Assembly: GCF_006345805.1 (NCBI RefSeq)
Contig: NC_043008.1
Span: 73,656,001-73,720,000, forward strand
Reading direction: 5' to 3'
Source: Octopus sinensis
Taxonomy: Eukaryota
Length of the DNA: 64,000 nt
Positions within the stretch are counted from its first letter, which is position 1; each line of letters begins with the position of its first letter. The notes beneath the pieces were generated by a model. It saw nothing but the letters and a program-made list of their open reading frames with translations. It was not told where the DNA came from and did no database searches. This document shows, in pieces, positions 51,101-64,000 of this stretch. The translations under genes were made by a program, and so were the position numbers.

Positions 51101-52164
51101 TATGCAGCTGGAAAAATACTATAAAATAACCACCATAGGACTGCAAAAAAATCTACTTCAGAAGGAAGGAAAACTGACACAAATAGCGGTAAAACACGAG
51201 CAAAACAAAAACTGTTCTCAGTATTTAAGGAAGCTGACAAATACAAACAAGAAATCATACCACCTAATAAATATGAAGAAGAAGAAGAAGATAAAGAAAC
51301 AACAGAAGCTATAAAACAAATGAAATCCAAAGTAAAAACAGAACAGCAACGAACCATGATAAAACGATGGTAAATACTGGACTAAACTAAACGCAAAAGA
51401 AATAGACAAAGAAAAATCCCAGCAATGGTTGAGAAGCTCAGGACACAAAGCAGAGCCAGAGGGATTTTTAATTGCAGCACAAGACCAAAGCCTCCCCACC
51501 AGAAATTACCAAAAACATGTAATGAAAAGAAATATAACAAGTAACTGCTGAATATGTGGAGATGGACAAGAAACAATAAATCATATTATCTCTGGCTGTC
51601 CAGTCCTGGCTAAGAAGGAATATATTCACAGACATGACAGAGTTGGAACCTACATACACTAGAAGCTATGCCAACATTATGGAATAACAACAGAAAAAAG
51701 ATGGTATAGGCACACGCCAGAAAAGGTCACAGAAAACGAGTAAGCAACCATACTCTGGGATATGCCGATATATACAGATAGAGAAATTAAGGCCAACAGA
51801 CCAGATATAGTTGTCAGAGATAATGAAGAAAAAAAATGCTTTCTAATTGATGTATCAATACCGGCAGATGGCAACGTGTCTCTAAAAGAAATGGAGAAAC
51901 TCTCAAAATACAAAGACCTGGAAATAGAGGTAACCAGAATGTGGAATCTAAAAACAGAAACAATTCCTATCATAGCAAAAACACCAGGACTTACAAACAC
52001 ATATAACATACAGAAAATTGCACTACTAGGCACTGCACACATCCTACGCAGAACACTTTCCATACAATAACCATCAGAGCATCACAACAAATCAAAGCAC
52101 ATACCTAAGGCACACAGGGCTGCGCTCGGTATTGAAGTGAAAGCACGGTATAAAAATAAAACTA

Positions 52165-52167
<3 letters not shown>
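48164..52167 (+). mobile_element. Near full-length R4/Dong-clade non-LTR retrotransposon (RT, CCHC, restriction-like endonuclease), pseudogenised
   Basis: ORF pieces 48559-52070: KWTREE N-terminal motif; RT motifs YRPITCL, QKG, WIDYKNAFDS, GIFQGDTLSP, YMDD; C*ICGDGQETINHIISGC; NRPDIV...IDVSIP...EKLSKY. About ten stops or frameshifts; ~100-nt 3' UTR runs into (AAT)n. Confidence 0.92.

Positions 52168-52255
<88 letters not shown>
52168..52255. repeat. (AAT)n at the 3' junction of the Dong-like element
   Basis: Seen directly. Confidence 0.95.
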
Positions 52256-52257
<2 letters not shown>

Positions 52258-55200
52258 CGTGTGTATTTGGTCATAGTCATCTGAGATTTTAGACTTGGTA
52301 AAAAGATATATAAAAAGAAAACTGAGGTTTTCCATCGAAAACAGCGAAGATGAAATCAACAATGACATTAGATAACAACACACTATCAACAGCGATGTAG
52401 TTCGGCTGACACTCTTATAAATAGTTGAATTATTCTGACGTAGTAGTAGCGAGAAAGCCCTCTCTCAATTGTTTATCTTTTGTTTATAGTAGCAAAACTA
52501 GTGTAGGTGTATTTAAGATTCATTTTGTGAATATAGTACGGAGAACGAATCAGACCATTTCCTTGTCACAATAAACAGTCATCTTTGAAGAACGTTCATC
52601 AGGACCTGTATCCTCTATCGGAGAAGGATGTAGTGGAAAAGTCCCCTTCGATACTGTTATTATATCAGCAGTTGTATCCGCTCTTGCATCAGCTGCTGCT
52701 GCTTCTACTGCTGCTGCAGCAGTAGCAGTAGTGGAGGTGGTATTAAAAGTAGTAGTAGTTGTTGCTGTTGTAGGTGGTGGTAGTAGTGGTGGTAGTGGTG
52801 GTGGTGGTGGTGGTGGTGTTATATCTCAATGTTGTTTTGTAGTTACGTTTTGCTATTGTTGTTGCGCAGTTTATATCGTGATATTTATCGCCAGGAATTA
52901 AGTTATTGTAACATTTTTTATTTGCCCTATTCCAAGTCCGTTGGATAGCTTGAATGTAAGCTGTATATATATATATTTTTTGTGTCTTGACGTATTTAGA
53001 ACTCCTCCTCTCTCTCGTTTCGACCACAATCCCTTCCGCCATTTGTCAGATGATTTCTGGTCAGCCTTGTAAATCGTCGGCGGTATTGAACGACACTGAA
53101 TCTATATCCATGTTTTATGGAACTTATTCATGTTCTTGGTGGCAAATTTTCACGATCTTCTTTGAGTACATATGTTGTAGATGCATTGTTGACTCAATTG
53201 TCATTGGTATGACAGCAGCGTTAGAGAGTGTCATTCAGTTCTTCTCCTGTCAACTATGGGACAGAACCGCCTGAAATGGTCTGAATTTAAATATTTGGGT
53301 TCTGATGATCTCAATAGTTTACATTCATTTAGATAGAAACATTCAGATATGTTATTAAGACAGAAACATTCGGATATGTCACGTACCTCAAGTGGTGTTC
53401 CCATTCGCCTCTGGTAGGAGGTACTTAAGTCATATAACTTTCCTAAGAAAGAAATTTTAAATTAGAAGTTACAGTTGATAATCAAAATGGCTGACAAGGT
53501 GATTTATTTTACCTTTTATTATGAGAAAAACGATGGCGTTGGTGACGATGGCAACGATTATGGTGCTAATGATAATTGTAAAGGGAAAGATGATCACGAT
53601 AAAGATATTCAATTTTCCTCCCTTAACAATGGTGATGATGTTGTTGATGACGCTGACGACTGTGAAAGCAAATTATTTGTCCTCCTACGGCGATGATGAT
53701 GACGACGACGACTATAAGTGATTTTCACTTGAATGCCTCGGTGATGATGATGTATTTTAGTATAGATTAATATCTGCATTGCTCGCTATAAGAAGGTTGG
53801 CGCCAAAATGCAGATTTCTCGTTGACATTCCCTCCTGACACGGAATATATTCGTTGTTTTAAAATGTTGGAACCCAGGTGTTTTTCACTTAAACACATTA
53901 TATTGATATACAGGAAGAAAGAGACAGAAGACTGACTGTAATGGTGGCTTTAACAACACCTGCTCAGCTGGTAAATCTGACTATCGATTGAGAAGTTTGA
54001 AATGTCTTCCTCGTTTAAAATCAGCAATAACATCGATTTAAGGTTATATTATTTAAGACATTATCTTTCTTACGACATTACAATACTTTAGAATACGGTC
54101 TAACTTGGTGAAGCGGGGTATACTATAAGACAATTCAACGAACGTAAAATTGGTAAGCTTTTACAGGTTGTTTATAATGAACAGTCTACTGTTTTACTTT
54201 AGTTTTGGTGTCAGTTGTTTTTTGTTGTAATTTAGGCCTTTGTTTAAACTGTATTAGATGCTTTATAAGAGCATCGCATCTCTTAACGTCTCCCTGACAA
54301 CAATTTCCAACAAAGTGGGCAGGTGTTTTTGTATCCAATCAATTAGAATCCAATTCGCTGGAGAGGAAATACAAAGGTTATTGTGTGTCACACCAGACTA
54401 CTGGTTCTCTTTTCACAGAGCTGAATAAAGGTTTTACAGCTCAGACGAATGTGAAACAGTGTATTGTGATGTTCATGCCTTTCCCAAGCATATTAGCAGT
54501 AGTGATGAAATGAAAAGAAGTTTACTAGTAATTGAAACAGTTACCTAACAATTTTGTTCCGTAAAAGCCAGTGTTGCACAAAGTATTGTTTCAGAACCAA
54601 TGGGTATATGAATGCGCCACGGAGTTTTAGAAAGTATAAAATAATATTTTAGAAACTTGATGCACATATATCATAAAACCAAATGTGAAATACATTACTA
54701 TAGATGTTTTTAAACAGTTTACCTTTTAAACTTAATTTATACTGGTAATTTTATATAACTCTAGGTGCCCTAGAAATAAAACAGAGTGACAACCACAGAT
54801 TTAAGTGTTTTATTCTAAAGATGAGATACTCAGTTTGACTAAATCAGTTTCAATACATCACTGACAAGTGTTGATGCAAGATGGCATGAAGTAAATTATA
54901 ATTATATTCGGCAACCCCATATAGTTCCATAGGCTTCTTTATTCTTGTTTAACAAATGTTCTGAACAAAAGCACATTTGGCTGTTTTACTTTGATGACAT
55001 GTGAGGATCAAAGTGTGTAGCGACGACACATGGTATTGAATGTTGTCTGTGTACTTCAAGGTTGGATATTCCTCATCGTTGATATAACAGTAAAAGTTAT
55101 ATAACTATAAATAATACAAAGAATACAATAATCTATGAAATGCAATTGATTGCTGGTTCATCAACATATGTGTAGCTCCGTTCTTTAGTATTAGAATTGT

Positions 55201-55294
55201 TTTTGCTATTAACAGACATCTGCCAGCTTGCCATAGTAGTAAACCCGGCGATAGTTTGCTGTCACTGTTTTGCAAGATATTGGTTTCAAATTTT

Positions 55295-56395
55295 GGCAGA
55301 AGCCCCCCAAATTCGAGTAAGGACAAAAGTCGATTACATCGACCCGTCTTCGGATCTATTCCATCTCAATAACAGATTTTAAAATTATTTTTTATTTCAA
55401 CTAAATAGTTTGAAACTTCGAATACTGGTAGAATATCTCACGTAGAACACTGTTTACTCTGAACGTCTTTTGACAAAATTTCGCATTTTAGAAGTTATTT
55501 CGTGTTAAACTTGTCGTATTTGTGTAATTTCAACCAATCAACGACGTGTATTCGGATGAAGAAAGCTACTGCTGTTTGCGATAGTAATCGAAGAGGAACA
55601 AATTCTGGGTCATCTGTACCAAATGTCACCCCTCTGTTCTATTCGTATGGCGAGCGAAGTCGATGCTACCATTATCCTTTCTTCCTCTCTAGTCATCACC
55701 GTGCATTCCTTAATCCCTTCCTCCCTTCTACCTTATCAACTATCAACCAGCGAGTGAACTTATCACTGCCACTACAATTACCGTATTTTCTGGTGTATAA
55801 GTCGCTATTTGTTTTGTTTTACCTTCATGTTTTTGATAATGTTATGTTTAATCTAATAAAGACTTTTATATTGACGAAATGTGCTTGTTGTTGATTATAG
55901 TAAGATAAAATCATGGCAATAACAGTACATCTTATATCTGTAAAATAAGGCATTTTCAAACTACATATCCGTCAACAACAAAAAAGCTAGCTGCGGAGTC
56001 GCGGTGAAATTTAGTAGAGATGACCCGGAAGTTGTTCCTCTTCAACCGAATACACGTCGCTGATTGGTTGACATTACCCATATACGACAACTTTAACACG
56101 AAATAACTTCTAGAATACAAAATTTTGTCAAAATCATTCTGAGTAAACCGTGTTCTACGTAAGAAATGCTACCAGTATTCGAAGTTTCAAACTGTTTAGT
56201 TTAAAAACAATCATTTTTTTAAAAATCTGTGATCGAGATGGAATAGATTCCCGTCTTCAACTGGTACTTATTTTATCGACCCCAAAAGGATGAAAGGTAA
56301 AGTCGGCGTCATCGAAATTTGAGCACGAGACGCAAAAGCGGACGACATGCCGCTAGGCATTTTCCCCAGTATGCTAATCTTCCTGCCACCTTGCC
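55295..56395 (-). mobile_element. SINE split by a DNA-transposon insertion
   Basis: Removing the insert and one target copy restores gtcgattacatcgacccgtcttcaactggtacttattttatcgacccc, as in the copy at 47130-47300. Confidence 0.85.
55352..56250. mobile_element. Non-autonomous DNA transposon, ~210-bp TIRs, 8-9-bp TSD
   Basis: TIRs ~55352-55562 and ~56039-56250 (roughly 85% identical by eye); (c)ccgtcttc on both flanks. Confidence 0.88.
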
Positions 56396-58119
56396 ACTGT
56401 TTGTTAGATAGTGACAATAAAATGACAAGTGCATCTATCACTGCCTAATAAATCGTCCGAATACTTTCTTATCATAGAATTTTTATAATTCTGTCTGAAG
56501 TCTACTACCCCTTTGTTCAGCTGTAATGACAAGGCAATATTCCCTTGATATATTCTAGCCATACTACGTCTTGTTTAAACATTTTCTTCACTCGGTACTT
56601 ATCTCAAAATTTACGCCGTCATCTCAGAAATGAGGTTCTGTGATTTTTTATTGACTGTCTCCTCAACCTTCTGTAGACTATTAATTGATGCCCATCGAAT
56701 TACTTCTTTATTACTTTTACCTTTGCCAACTTTACAACGTTACGGATGACAGAATTTCTGGTTGACATTTAACCCCTGTTTAACGGCGATTAATGTATAT
56801 TCATTGCCTTTCTTTTTACTGTTTCTAAATATATTTTAATCTTATTGAGGAAAAAGTTATGTATTCTCTCTGAATAAATATCGCAAGATAACTGATGGAC
56901 TTCCGTACTAAGATGATATTTTTGCTTCACACACACACACATAGTGTGTGGAATTTTGTTTTTTGTAAATTTAGCTTGCCTATATCAATATCTTCGATGT
57001 TTTGAAGATATCACTTTACTGATATGGAAAAAGGAATACGGAAAGGCTTTTTATTCAAAGTGATTTGCTTATCTAGTTTATCCTCCTAAACTACAGCTCT
57101 GTGAGTTTCTTATCACTGGTATTTAAATAAGCCCAACTTATAGTTATTGCCCCTATTTAGTTTGTTATTTAGCTTTAGATATAAAACTGAATAACAGTTT
57201 AGAAGGGTCATTCGTGTGCATTTGCATTGTAGACTTCTGGCCATTGTAGTGGTTTCAGCTGTGTTTTGTAACTATAACAAAAATATATTTTATAGTTTCG
57301 AATCCCAATGCAATATTTTTGCTATCGTCGGTATGGTGGTGAGTTTATTATATGAACAAATATTCCTAGTCAGTGGGTGTGATCGGAGAAATAACAGTTT
57401 AGTTAAGCTATATTCACCCATATCGAGCAAGCGTCTATCCTTGAGTATGATGTAAGTATGTACGGCTGTATGTATGTCTGCTTGTGTATACATTTGTCTA
57501 AATGCCCATAGTCACGCATCTCTTTACGTACGCATAACAACGTGATGTATTTTCACAAATAAGTACATCACTTAGTTCTGTCTGCTATCACACGCTGCCT
57601 GGCTGCCTATCTGTCTAACTCTACGTCAGGTTGCCTGTTTTTCTGTCTGTATCTATGTCTGTAAGACTACATGGATGTATTATTTAACTTACATCTAAAT
57701 ACATCACTTTATTTTTGTGTCTGATATCTCGCACTCTCAAACAACACACTTCTTCAGACAATTACCACTGTTCTCAGTAGAAAAGCATTGCAGGAAATTC
57801 TTTTTCTTAGTCACATTTATACATTCATCTACATACATGTATAGACACAAGAATTAGATATACACACTTGTGAGAGTAAAAGTGTTCAGTTGATTACTCT
57901 GTCTCCCGTCTTGTGTGTGATTTCGTATGAGAGTGCGCGCTCGTGTTTCTACGTGTGTGTATGTGTGCTTGTGTCTGTGAGGGTCTGTGTGTGTGCCATA
58001 CACTCACACCTCTTTCATGGATCTACCCTTTCTAAAGTCAAGAGAAAAACTGCTTTCTCAATGCATTTGTTATTCGATTAACTAGATTGTGTTGCTTTCG
58101 ATAAAAAGTAAGTAAAACA

Positions 58120-58129
58120 AATATATATG

Positions 58130-58196
<67 letters not shown>

Positions 58197-58257
58197 TGTA
58201 TATATATATATATATATATGTATGTATATATGTATATATATACATATATATATGGAT

Positions 58258-58302
<45 letters not shown>

Positions 58303-58400
58303 CATATATGCACAAGTGTGCACGGTAGGGCGTGTGTGTGTGTGTATGTGTGTGCGTGTGTGTGCGTATGTGTACTCGTGCGTGTGCGCGTGTGTGTAGC
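58120..58400. repeat. (TA)n/(TG)n microsatellite tract
   Basis: Seen directly. Confidence 0.9.
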
Positions 58401-58551
58401 TCAATCATATTGATCATGAGATTACACTTCACTCAGCTTAGTGCTGGTAGTCAGCCAGATCTTAGCTTACGTTGAGATCAACAGCTTATAACTTACCAGA
58501 TTAGCAGCTAGATAGACTATAATTTCTTCAGAGAAAGAAAGAGAGCGAGAA

Positions 58552-58595
<44 letters not shown>

Positions 58596-59071
58596 GAGAA
58601 TACTCAGACAGATAGAAATATAAAGAGAGAGTTGTTCAGAAATAAATAGAGAGATATGTTAAGAGCAAGAGCAATTCACAGAGATAAACAATAAAAAAGA
58701 AAAGAGAGCAAAAGAGAGTTTGAGAGACAAAAGTAAGAAGAGAAGACAATATATCTCAAATAGTATTGTTTAATTCGTCTAAATGCATTTGTACACATCT
58801 CAATGGTGATTTGGATATAGAAATGTAAAATGAAAAAAGACGCATAATGGCAAAAGAACACATGGAGTTATTTATACTTAAAGGTTCAATAACAAGACTG
58901 CTATCCAGCTTCCTTTGAATGGTGAGAGGCGGGGAGTGGGATACACAGTTTAATCCCATTATTGTCGAATAATAATGGCTACCATGTCCAGAACTGACAG
59001 CAAGCCTATCTTATTCAATTTCATTTTAGAAATTAATGATTCCATGCATATAAATATTAATGAATATACAC

Positions 59072-59605
59072 ACATACATACATACATACACACGTAAATA
59101 CATACATATATATAAACACACACATACATGTATACGTATATGTGGGCGTACATGCATGAGTAGCGAATACATGTTTAAAAATACGCGCACATATCTTTAT
59201 GTGCATGTATATATAGGCATATATGTATGTTTGTGTGTGCGCGTATGTATACACACACACACACATATATATATACATATATATAAATATATATATATAG
59301 CTGTATATACGGACAACTACATACATACATACATACATACATACATACATACACACGTAAATACATACATATATATAAACACACACATACATGTATACGT
59401 ATATGTGGGCGTACATGCATGAGTAGCGAATACATGTTTAAAAATACGCGCACATATCTTTATGTGCATGTATATATAGGCATATATGTATGTTTGTGTG
59501 TGCGCGTATGTATACACACACACACACACACATATATATATACATATATACATATATATAAATATATATATATAGCTGTATATACGGACAACTACATACA
59601 TACAT
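59072..59605. repeat. Tandem duplication, period ~263 bp, in (CATA)n context
   Basis: cacgtaaata at 59091 and 59354; copies differ only in microsatellite unit number. Confidence 0.9.
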
Positions 59606-59609
59606 ATAC

Positions 59610-59669
<60 letters not shown>

Positions 59670-60184
59670 TTATATATATATACATGTATACATTCGCTGT
59701 TATTTATGGAGGGGCAACTATGTATATGTTTTGGACCTGTGAGTATACAATACAACACGTGTTTTCTGATGTCTGTTCATCATCGGGATTATAAACAGAA
59801 TAAAAGCAATTATGCTAATGTTAAAATGAATATACTCATTGATATATTGTGAGATAAATGCTAAATATACATTAATGCTAGATGTATACTTTTGTGTTTG
59901 CTTTTATGTTTATGTGTGTGCCAATGTGTGCGTATCTGTTTGTGTATATTTGTGTGTATGTGTGTGAATGTGTGGGCTCGCGCGCACGTATAACATGTAA
60001 GGTCAGTGCAAGTTGGAGCGGTTTTGGGGGATACATGCAGCGAATAAACGGATACACGGATACACTAATAACCTAATAGCATTAGAACTTAAGAATACGA
60101 CGATAAACTTGCAAAGGAATCTCGTAAACGATAAAATAATTGGTAATGTGAACTACCTTGTTAATGGGATCAATTTTATTGTCT

Positions 60185-60227
60185 AATCCATAAGCGATTT
60201 CGAGTTATAATCCATCTTCAGAGGATT
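60185..60227 (-). ncRNA. Degenerate hammerhead-like motif
   Basis: Minus strand AAUCC-U-CUGAAGA-UGGAUUAUAACUC-GAAA-UCGC-UUA-U-GGAUU: core intact, 5-bp helix I, helices II and III mismatched. Confidence 0.3.
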
Positions 60228-61184
60228 CTTCTGTGTTGTTATGAATAGAATGGTATTCTGTAATGTGATGTTCATACACATATTTGTTGCACATGTAGTT
60301 TGAACACGTATCTCTACGTATCACTCAGTCAACTATCATTTGAAGCTGACTTTTACTTCCTAATAAAAAGATCTTTGTTATTTTGAGCAACCACTGTCTT
60401 TGGTGTCTCGAAAAAGCCGATTTTTAAAATATTTCTTTCGCATGTATATTTACCCTGGAATGTCGTGTGGATCGTGTGTATTTTTAATGGAATTCACTAA
60501 TTCTAACTCGAAGATGCTATTTGGTGATTCCTACTTAGGTGTCGCCACATTAGCAAGTTAGTCTATAAGCTGCACTGGTTTCTAAACTAAGTGTTCCACT
60601 TCTCTGTGGTAGCTTAAAATCTGTAATGATTGGACAAAGATGGAGCAAACTTGTACCGGTCTCTTGTTAATGACTACAAGACAAGATTTTGTTTATTCAG
60701 ATATGAACTTAAGAATTGAAGTGTGTACGTGCGTGTGTATGTATGTATACGCGCACCTCGGTCTATTTTCCCCATATGCCTATTCCTGCCTGCCAAACTC
60801 CTGTCCGTCTTAGTATCTATCCAGTTGCGTTGCGCTATGTCATCCGATCTTAGAAAATGAACTGTCGAAATCCCCAGTAAATAGAAACCGGCCATTATTG
60901 AAGCATGTACATAGTATCACCCAAAATTTCTTATTATTGGTATCATCACGTAGGATGTATTGCTGTGTCGGTACAACTTAGGAATTACTATCTTGCAGAA
61001 TTGACCAAGGACTCCTTGCTTTCAGAGTTCAAACCCCACCGATCTCGATTAAACATTTCATTTATTCAGATGTTTATTAAATGTGCATATATTTCACATA
61101 CAAAGCTTGATTTAATTGTTATGTACGAAAATACGTGGTCACGTGCTAATGTCAGAATTATTAATGGTGGTTTCAGTTGGCTGC

Positions 61185-61380
61185 AAGGTAGCAGAATGAC
61201 CAGAGCATCGGACAAATTATTTGACGGTATTTCTCTCCGAGTTCAATTCCAATCGAGATCAAATTCGCCTCTCAACCTTTCAGTGTCGATAGAATAGAGT
61301 ACCAGTAAGATATGGTAGTTTATGATATCGGTAAACTCTTTCTCTTGAAAATTGCTGGTTCTGTGCCTAAATGAGAACCC
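61185..61380 (+). mobile_element. Degenerate SINE
   Basis: ccgagttcaattcc B-box-like motif, gtgtcgatagaatagagtaccag, gaaaattgctggttctgtgcc tail. Confidence 0.6.
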
Positions 61381-61779
61381 ATAAATGGTGTTGTCAAGTT
61401 TGTCGAAGGAGCGTATTTCTGCACAATTAGATCACACGTCTAACAATATTTACTTTTCTCAATTCAATTTCCATTGATTTTATTGACTTTCAACAATATT
61501 ATGATTCTCCTTTGTTAAGTGTGCATATACTACCTGGTATATACAATTGCTTCTTTTTATTTCTAATAAACTATAACACGTTTTTACATGCTTGCAGCTT
61601 CATCCAATCTAGACACCAGAACAACATTACATATAGTTGTAGTTGTAGTAATATTAGTAGTAGTAGTTCTGGACTTAATGACCGATTTTAGTGGCAATAT
61701 TAGTGCAGTTTGTGTTGGTGGCAGTACTTCAGGGTAGTTGTGGTGCAAGCAACTGCATTGTATAGTGGAAACAATGATT

Positions 61780-62013
61780 TACAATGAAAGATCACAAGAG
61801 ACAGTGGCAATTAAGTTGGAAATATTTGAATTCCTAAATGAACAATATAAATATATACTACAAAAGATTTTCAAAGCGAAAATAAACATCCATCATTTGA
61901 AGTTTCAAAGTGATTTTCGAAAATGCACTGAATTACCATTATTGCTATGGCAATTGGCTAAAAGAGGATACTGTATTCAATCTAAAATAATTTATAGTGG
62001 AAACGGTTCATAG
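61780..62013 (+). pseudogene. Possible Penelope-like GIY-YIG fragment
   Basis: KIFKAKINIHHLKFQSDFRKCTELPLLLWQL resembles the FKxRYxNHxxSF...TELSxxIWxL pattern I recall for PLE endonucleases. Confidence 0.3.
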
Positions 62014-63169
62014 AACTCTTTGTTTTGAAAACAGGATAACTTTACATTAATAATTTCTTAAGAAAAGAAATAAGTGAGTGTCTAAAATCCTGGTGAGTGA
62101 AGTGGTAGCAAGTTGTTTTTCATCAACGTTGCAGATATTTAATTTCAAATTTCTTTGGGTAACAACAAGGAAATTATGATTACATTTTAGTTTCTATTAG
62201 CGGTGGTGATGGAGGATGGGGTGATTGTCAAAGTAAGCACACAGAGAGCAGTAGAAAAACAATGGTTTGAGGAAGCTTTGGTAGTTGGGTAGAATTAGTA
62301 GGGAGACGGTGTGTCGGTACAGAAAGCAGAAGTGGGGTAGCTCCGAGGAATTGGAAGAATATGTGGTTGGATATTATTCATAGGGAGTATGATCCTGTTA
62401 GAATTTATAGAGGATATATGAATAGTTAGAATTGACGAAGAGGCAAAGGAACTGATTTGTGTGGCGTTAAGCCATGTTAATCTGTTAATATAAGAAGTTC
62501 AAATCCTGCCGGTAGTAAATCATTTTATTTATCAATGCTCGATAAAAGATGAGTTAGTCACATCTCAATTTCTTTCCCTTCAGTCAAGTGCTAGAGATAA
62601 TACTGGCGAATATTTTAAGAGAAATTTTCTTTTTTAGAAGCGGGAGCAAATACAAAAATAACTAAAAGTTTTAAGACAGAGGGCGGGGACAAATCACACA
62701 CCCGATTGACATATCTACCTATTAGCTAGTGCCGGTCTTTTAGAAGGCCGGCTGCAACGGATGCCGTGCGGATAATTGGTGACAGTGTCGACTGCTTGGT
62801 AGTAGCCATATTTGTGACATAATGTTGGCAAGTGGTCAGTGCAGATTCTGGTGGGGGTCATAAGGAACATATAAATCCTTATAAATTCACAAGATGGCAG
62901 AACAGTACAGAACTTGGGGTTGTAGAGTATATACTAAGAGGAAAACTTAAAACTCTGATGCCGAAGATGATCAAGACGATGTACACGTGGGATCAAAATA
63001 CATTTAAGGGCTTTATGCACTGAAACGTTAAATGAACGAGAGAAAAAATAAGAAATCATGGAGGGTGTTGTTTCTGAGGTGCCAACTCGTGAGACGGTAA
63101 ATGGAAACTATTCTGTCCTCATTACTAGGAGCAAACTATTACACCAGACAAAGCCTGTGCCCATCCATC

Positions 63170-64000
63170 TATCTATCTATCTAAGGCGGGTAAAATCCCC
63201 GAGATCCATGGATGAGTTCACTCCAACGGTTTTTGTCCTTCATCATCACTGCTATATCCTGTGTCTCACAGAGACCAGTGCCTGTCCTTAGGGCATCAAC
63301 ATATGTCATCTGCGGTCTCCCTCTTCTAGTGTGTCCGTATAGGGGCTCCTACAGAAGTACTGAATGCAGTTTCAACTCTGGTTTACGGTGGACATGTCCA
63401 GCTAATCTTAGTCTCCTCTGTGTTATTTTGGAGCTAACTATTGGGAGGCTCTCGTACAGCTGAGTTCTTCATCCTCGGTGTATACTGATTAATATTCAGA
63501 GCCATCCTCAGCATTTTCGTGTAGCACCCATCCACCATCTGAATGAGATTCTTGGTCAGTGTCGAAGTCTCAGACCCGTAAAATAGTACAGACTCCACAG
63601 CAGCAACGAAGAGACGGATTTTCAGGTCTATACGATAGGTGTATATGGAAGGCGGACTAATAGAAAGGAGTTGTCTCAAACTGTGGCATGCTACCCAGGC
63701 TTTGCTTTTCCTCTCAACTATATCACCCTCTGTGTTCCCAGTCTTTGCTCCCAGATACAGGAAGTGCTTAACCAACCCTAGTGGCTTCCTGCCTACATTC
63801 ATCATTTTCTCAGGTTTCTTAATTTTCTCTACCAGATAATTCGCTATACTTTCATTCAATTTCAGCCTCACACTCATTGACAGTCTCCACTTTCTGCATC
63901 AACTTCTCCGCCTCCCTCACTGTGTTTGTCACCAGAACAACTATGTCGTCAGCAAATTCAACATCTGATATTTGTTTAGCCTTGACCCTGCTCTGAGCTG
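63170..64000 (-). mobile_element. RTE-clade LINE 3' part, same family as 37385-39243; runs off the window
   Basis: DVEFADDI near 63950; ORF 63434..63877 is nearly the same peptide as 38533-38947; 3' end followed by (TAGA)n on the element strand. Confidence 0.92.

Noticed and set aside
53650-53690. CTGACGA...GAAA motif
   Set aside because: Helix II absent and helix III out of register; lies in a GAT-rich low-complexity tract.
55502-55894. 130-codon ORF as a transposase or host gene
   Set aside because: No recognisable motif; starts inside the TIR of a non-autonomous element.
62679-62830. Promoter (GGGCGGGG box, GC-richer patch)
   Set aside because: A single short motif with no downstream gene or other support.
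63000-63035. gggc-tttat-gcac-tgaaacgtta hammerhead-like remnant
   Set aside because: The CUGANGA half is absent and helix III does not pair.

Overview
AT-rich, microsatellite-dense eukaryotic DNA that reads as intergenic or large-intron sequence. The tRNA-derived SINE families look like those I recall from octopus genomes (inference from memory, not a database hit). I cannot support any host protein-coding gene; nearly all ORF-track entries are microsatellite translations or transposon fragments. Contents: many SINEs; Tx1/L1-like LINE remnants (17.5 kb, 19.4-24.2 kb, 33.1-34.8 kb); two RTE-like LINEs (37.4-39.2 kb, 63.2-64.0 kb); a near full-length, decayed R4/Dong-type restriction-like-endonuclease LINE in (TAA)n (48.2-52.2 kb) plus rearranged fragments of a relative (27.6-29.9 kb); Tc1, mariner and hAT remnants; several non-autonomous inverted-repeat elements; Penelope-like 3' regions. 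The most interesting signals are at the RNA level: five minimal type I hammerhead-ribozyme motifs of different sequence. One at 44373-44410 has a compensatory U3-A8 core pair and a palindromic helix III, and one at 11004-11054 has an intact core. Also notable is a 0.9-kb element with ~210-bp TIRs and a target-site duplication that splits a SINE. Two near-perfect tandem duplications may be assembly artefacts. I found no clear evidence of a wholly new system; the hammerhead/Penelope modules are the best lead.
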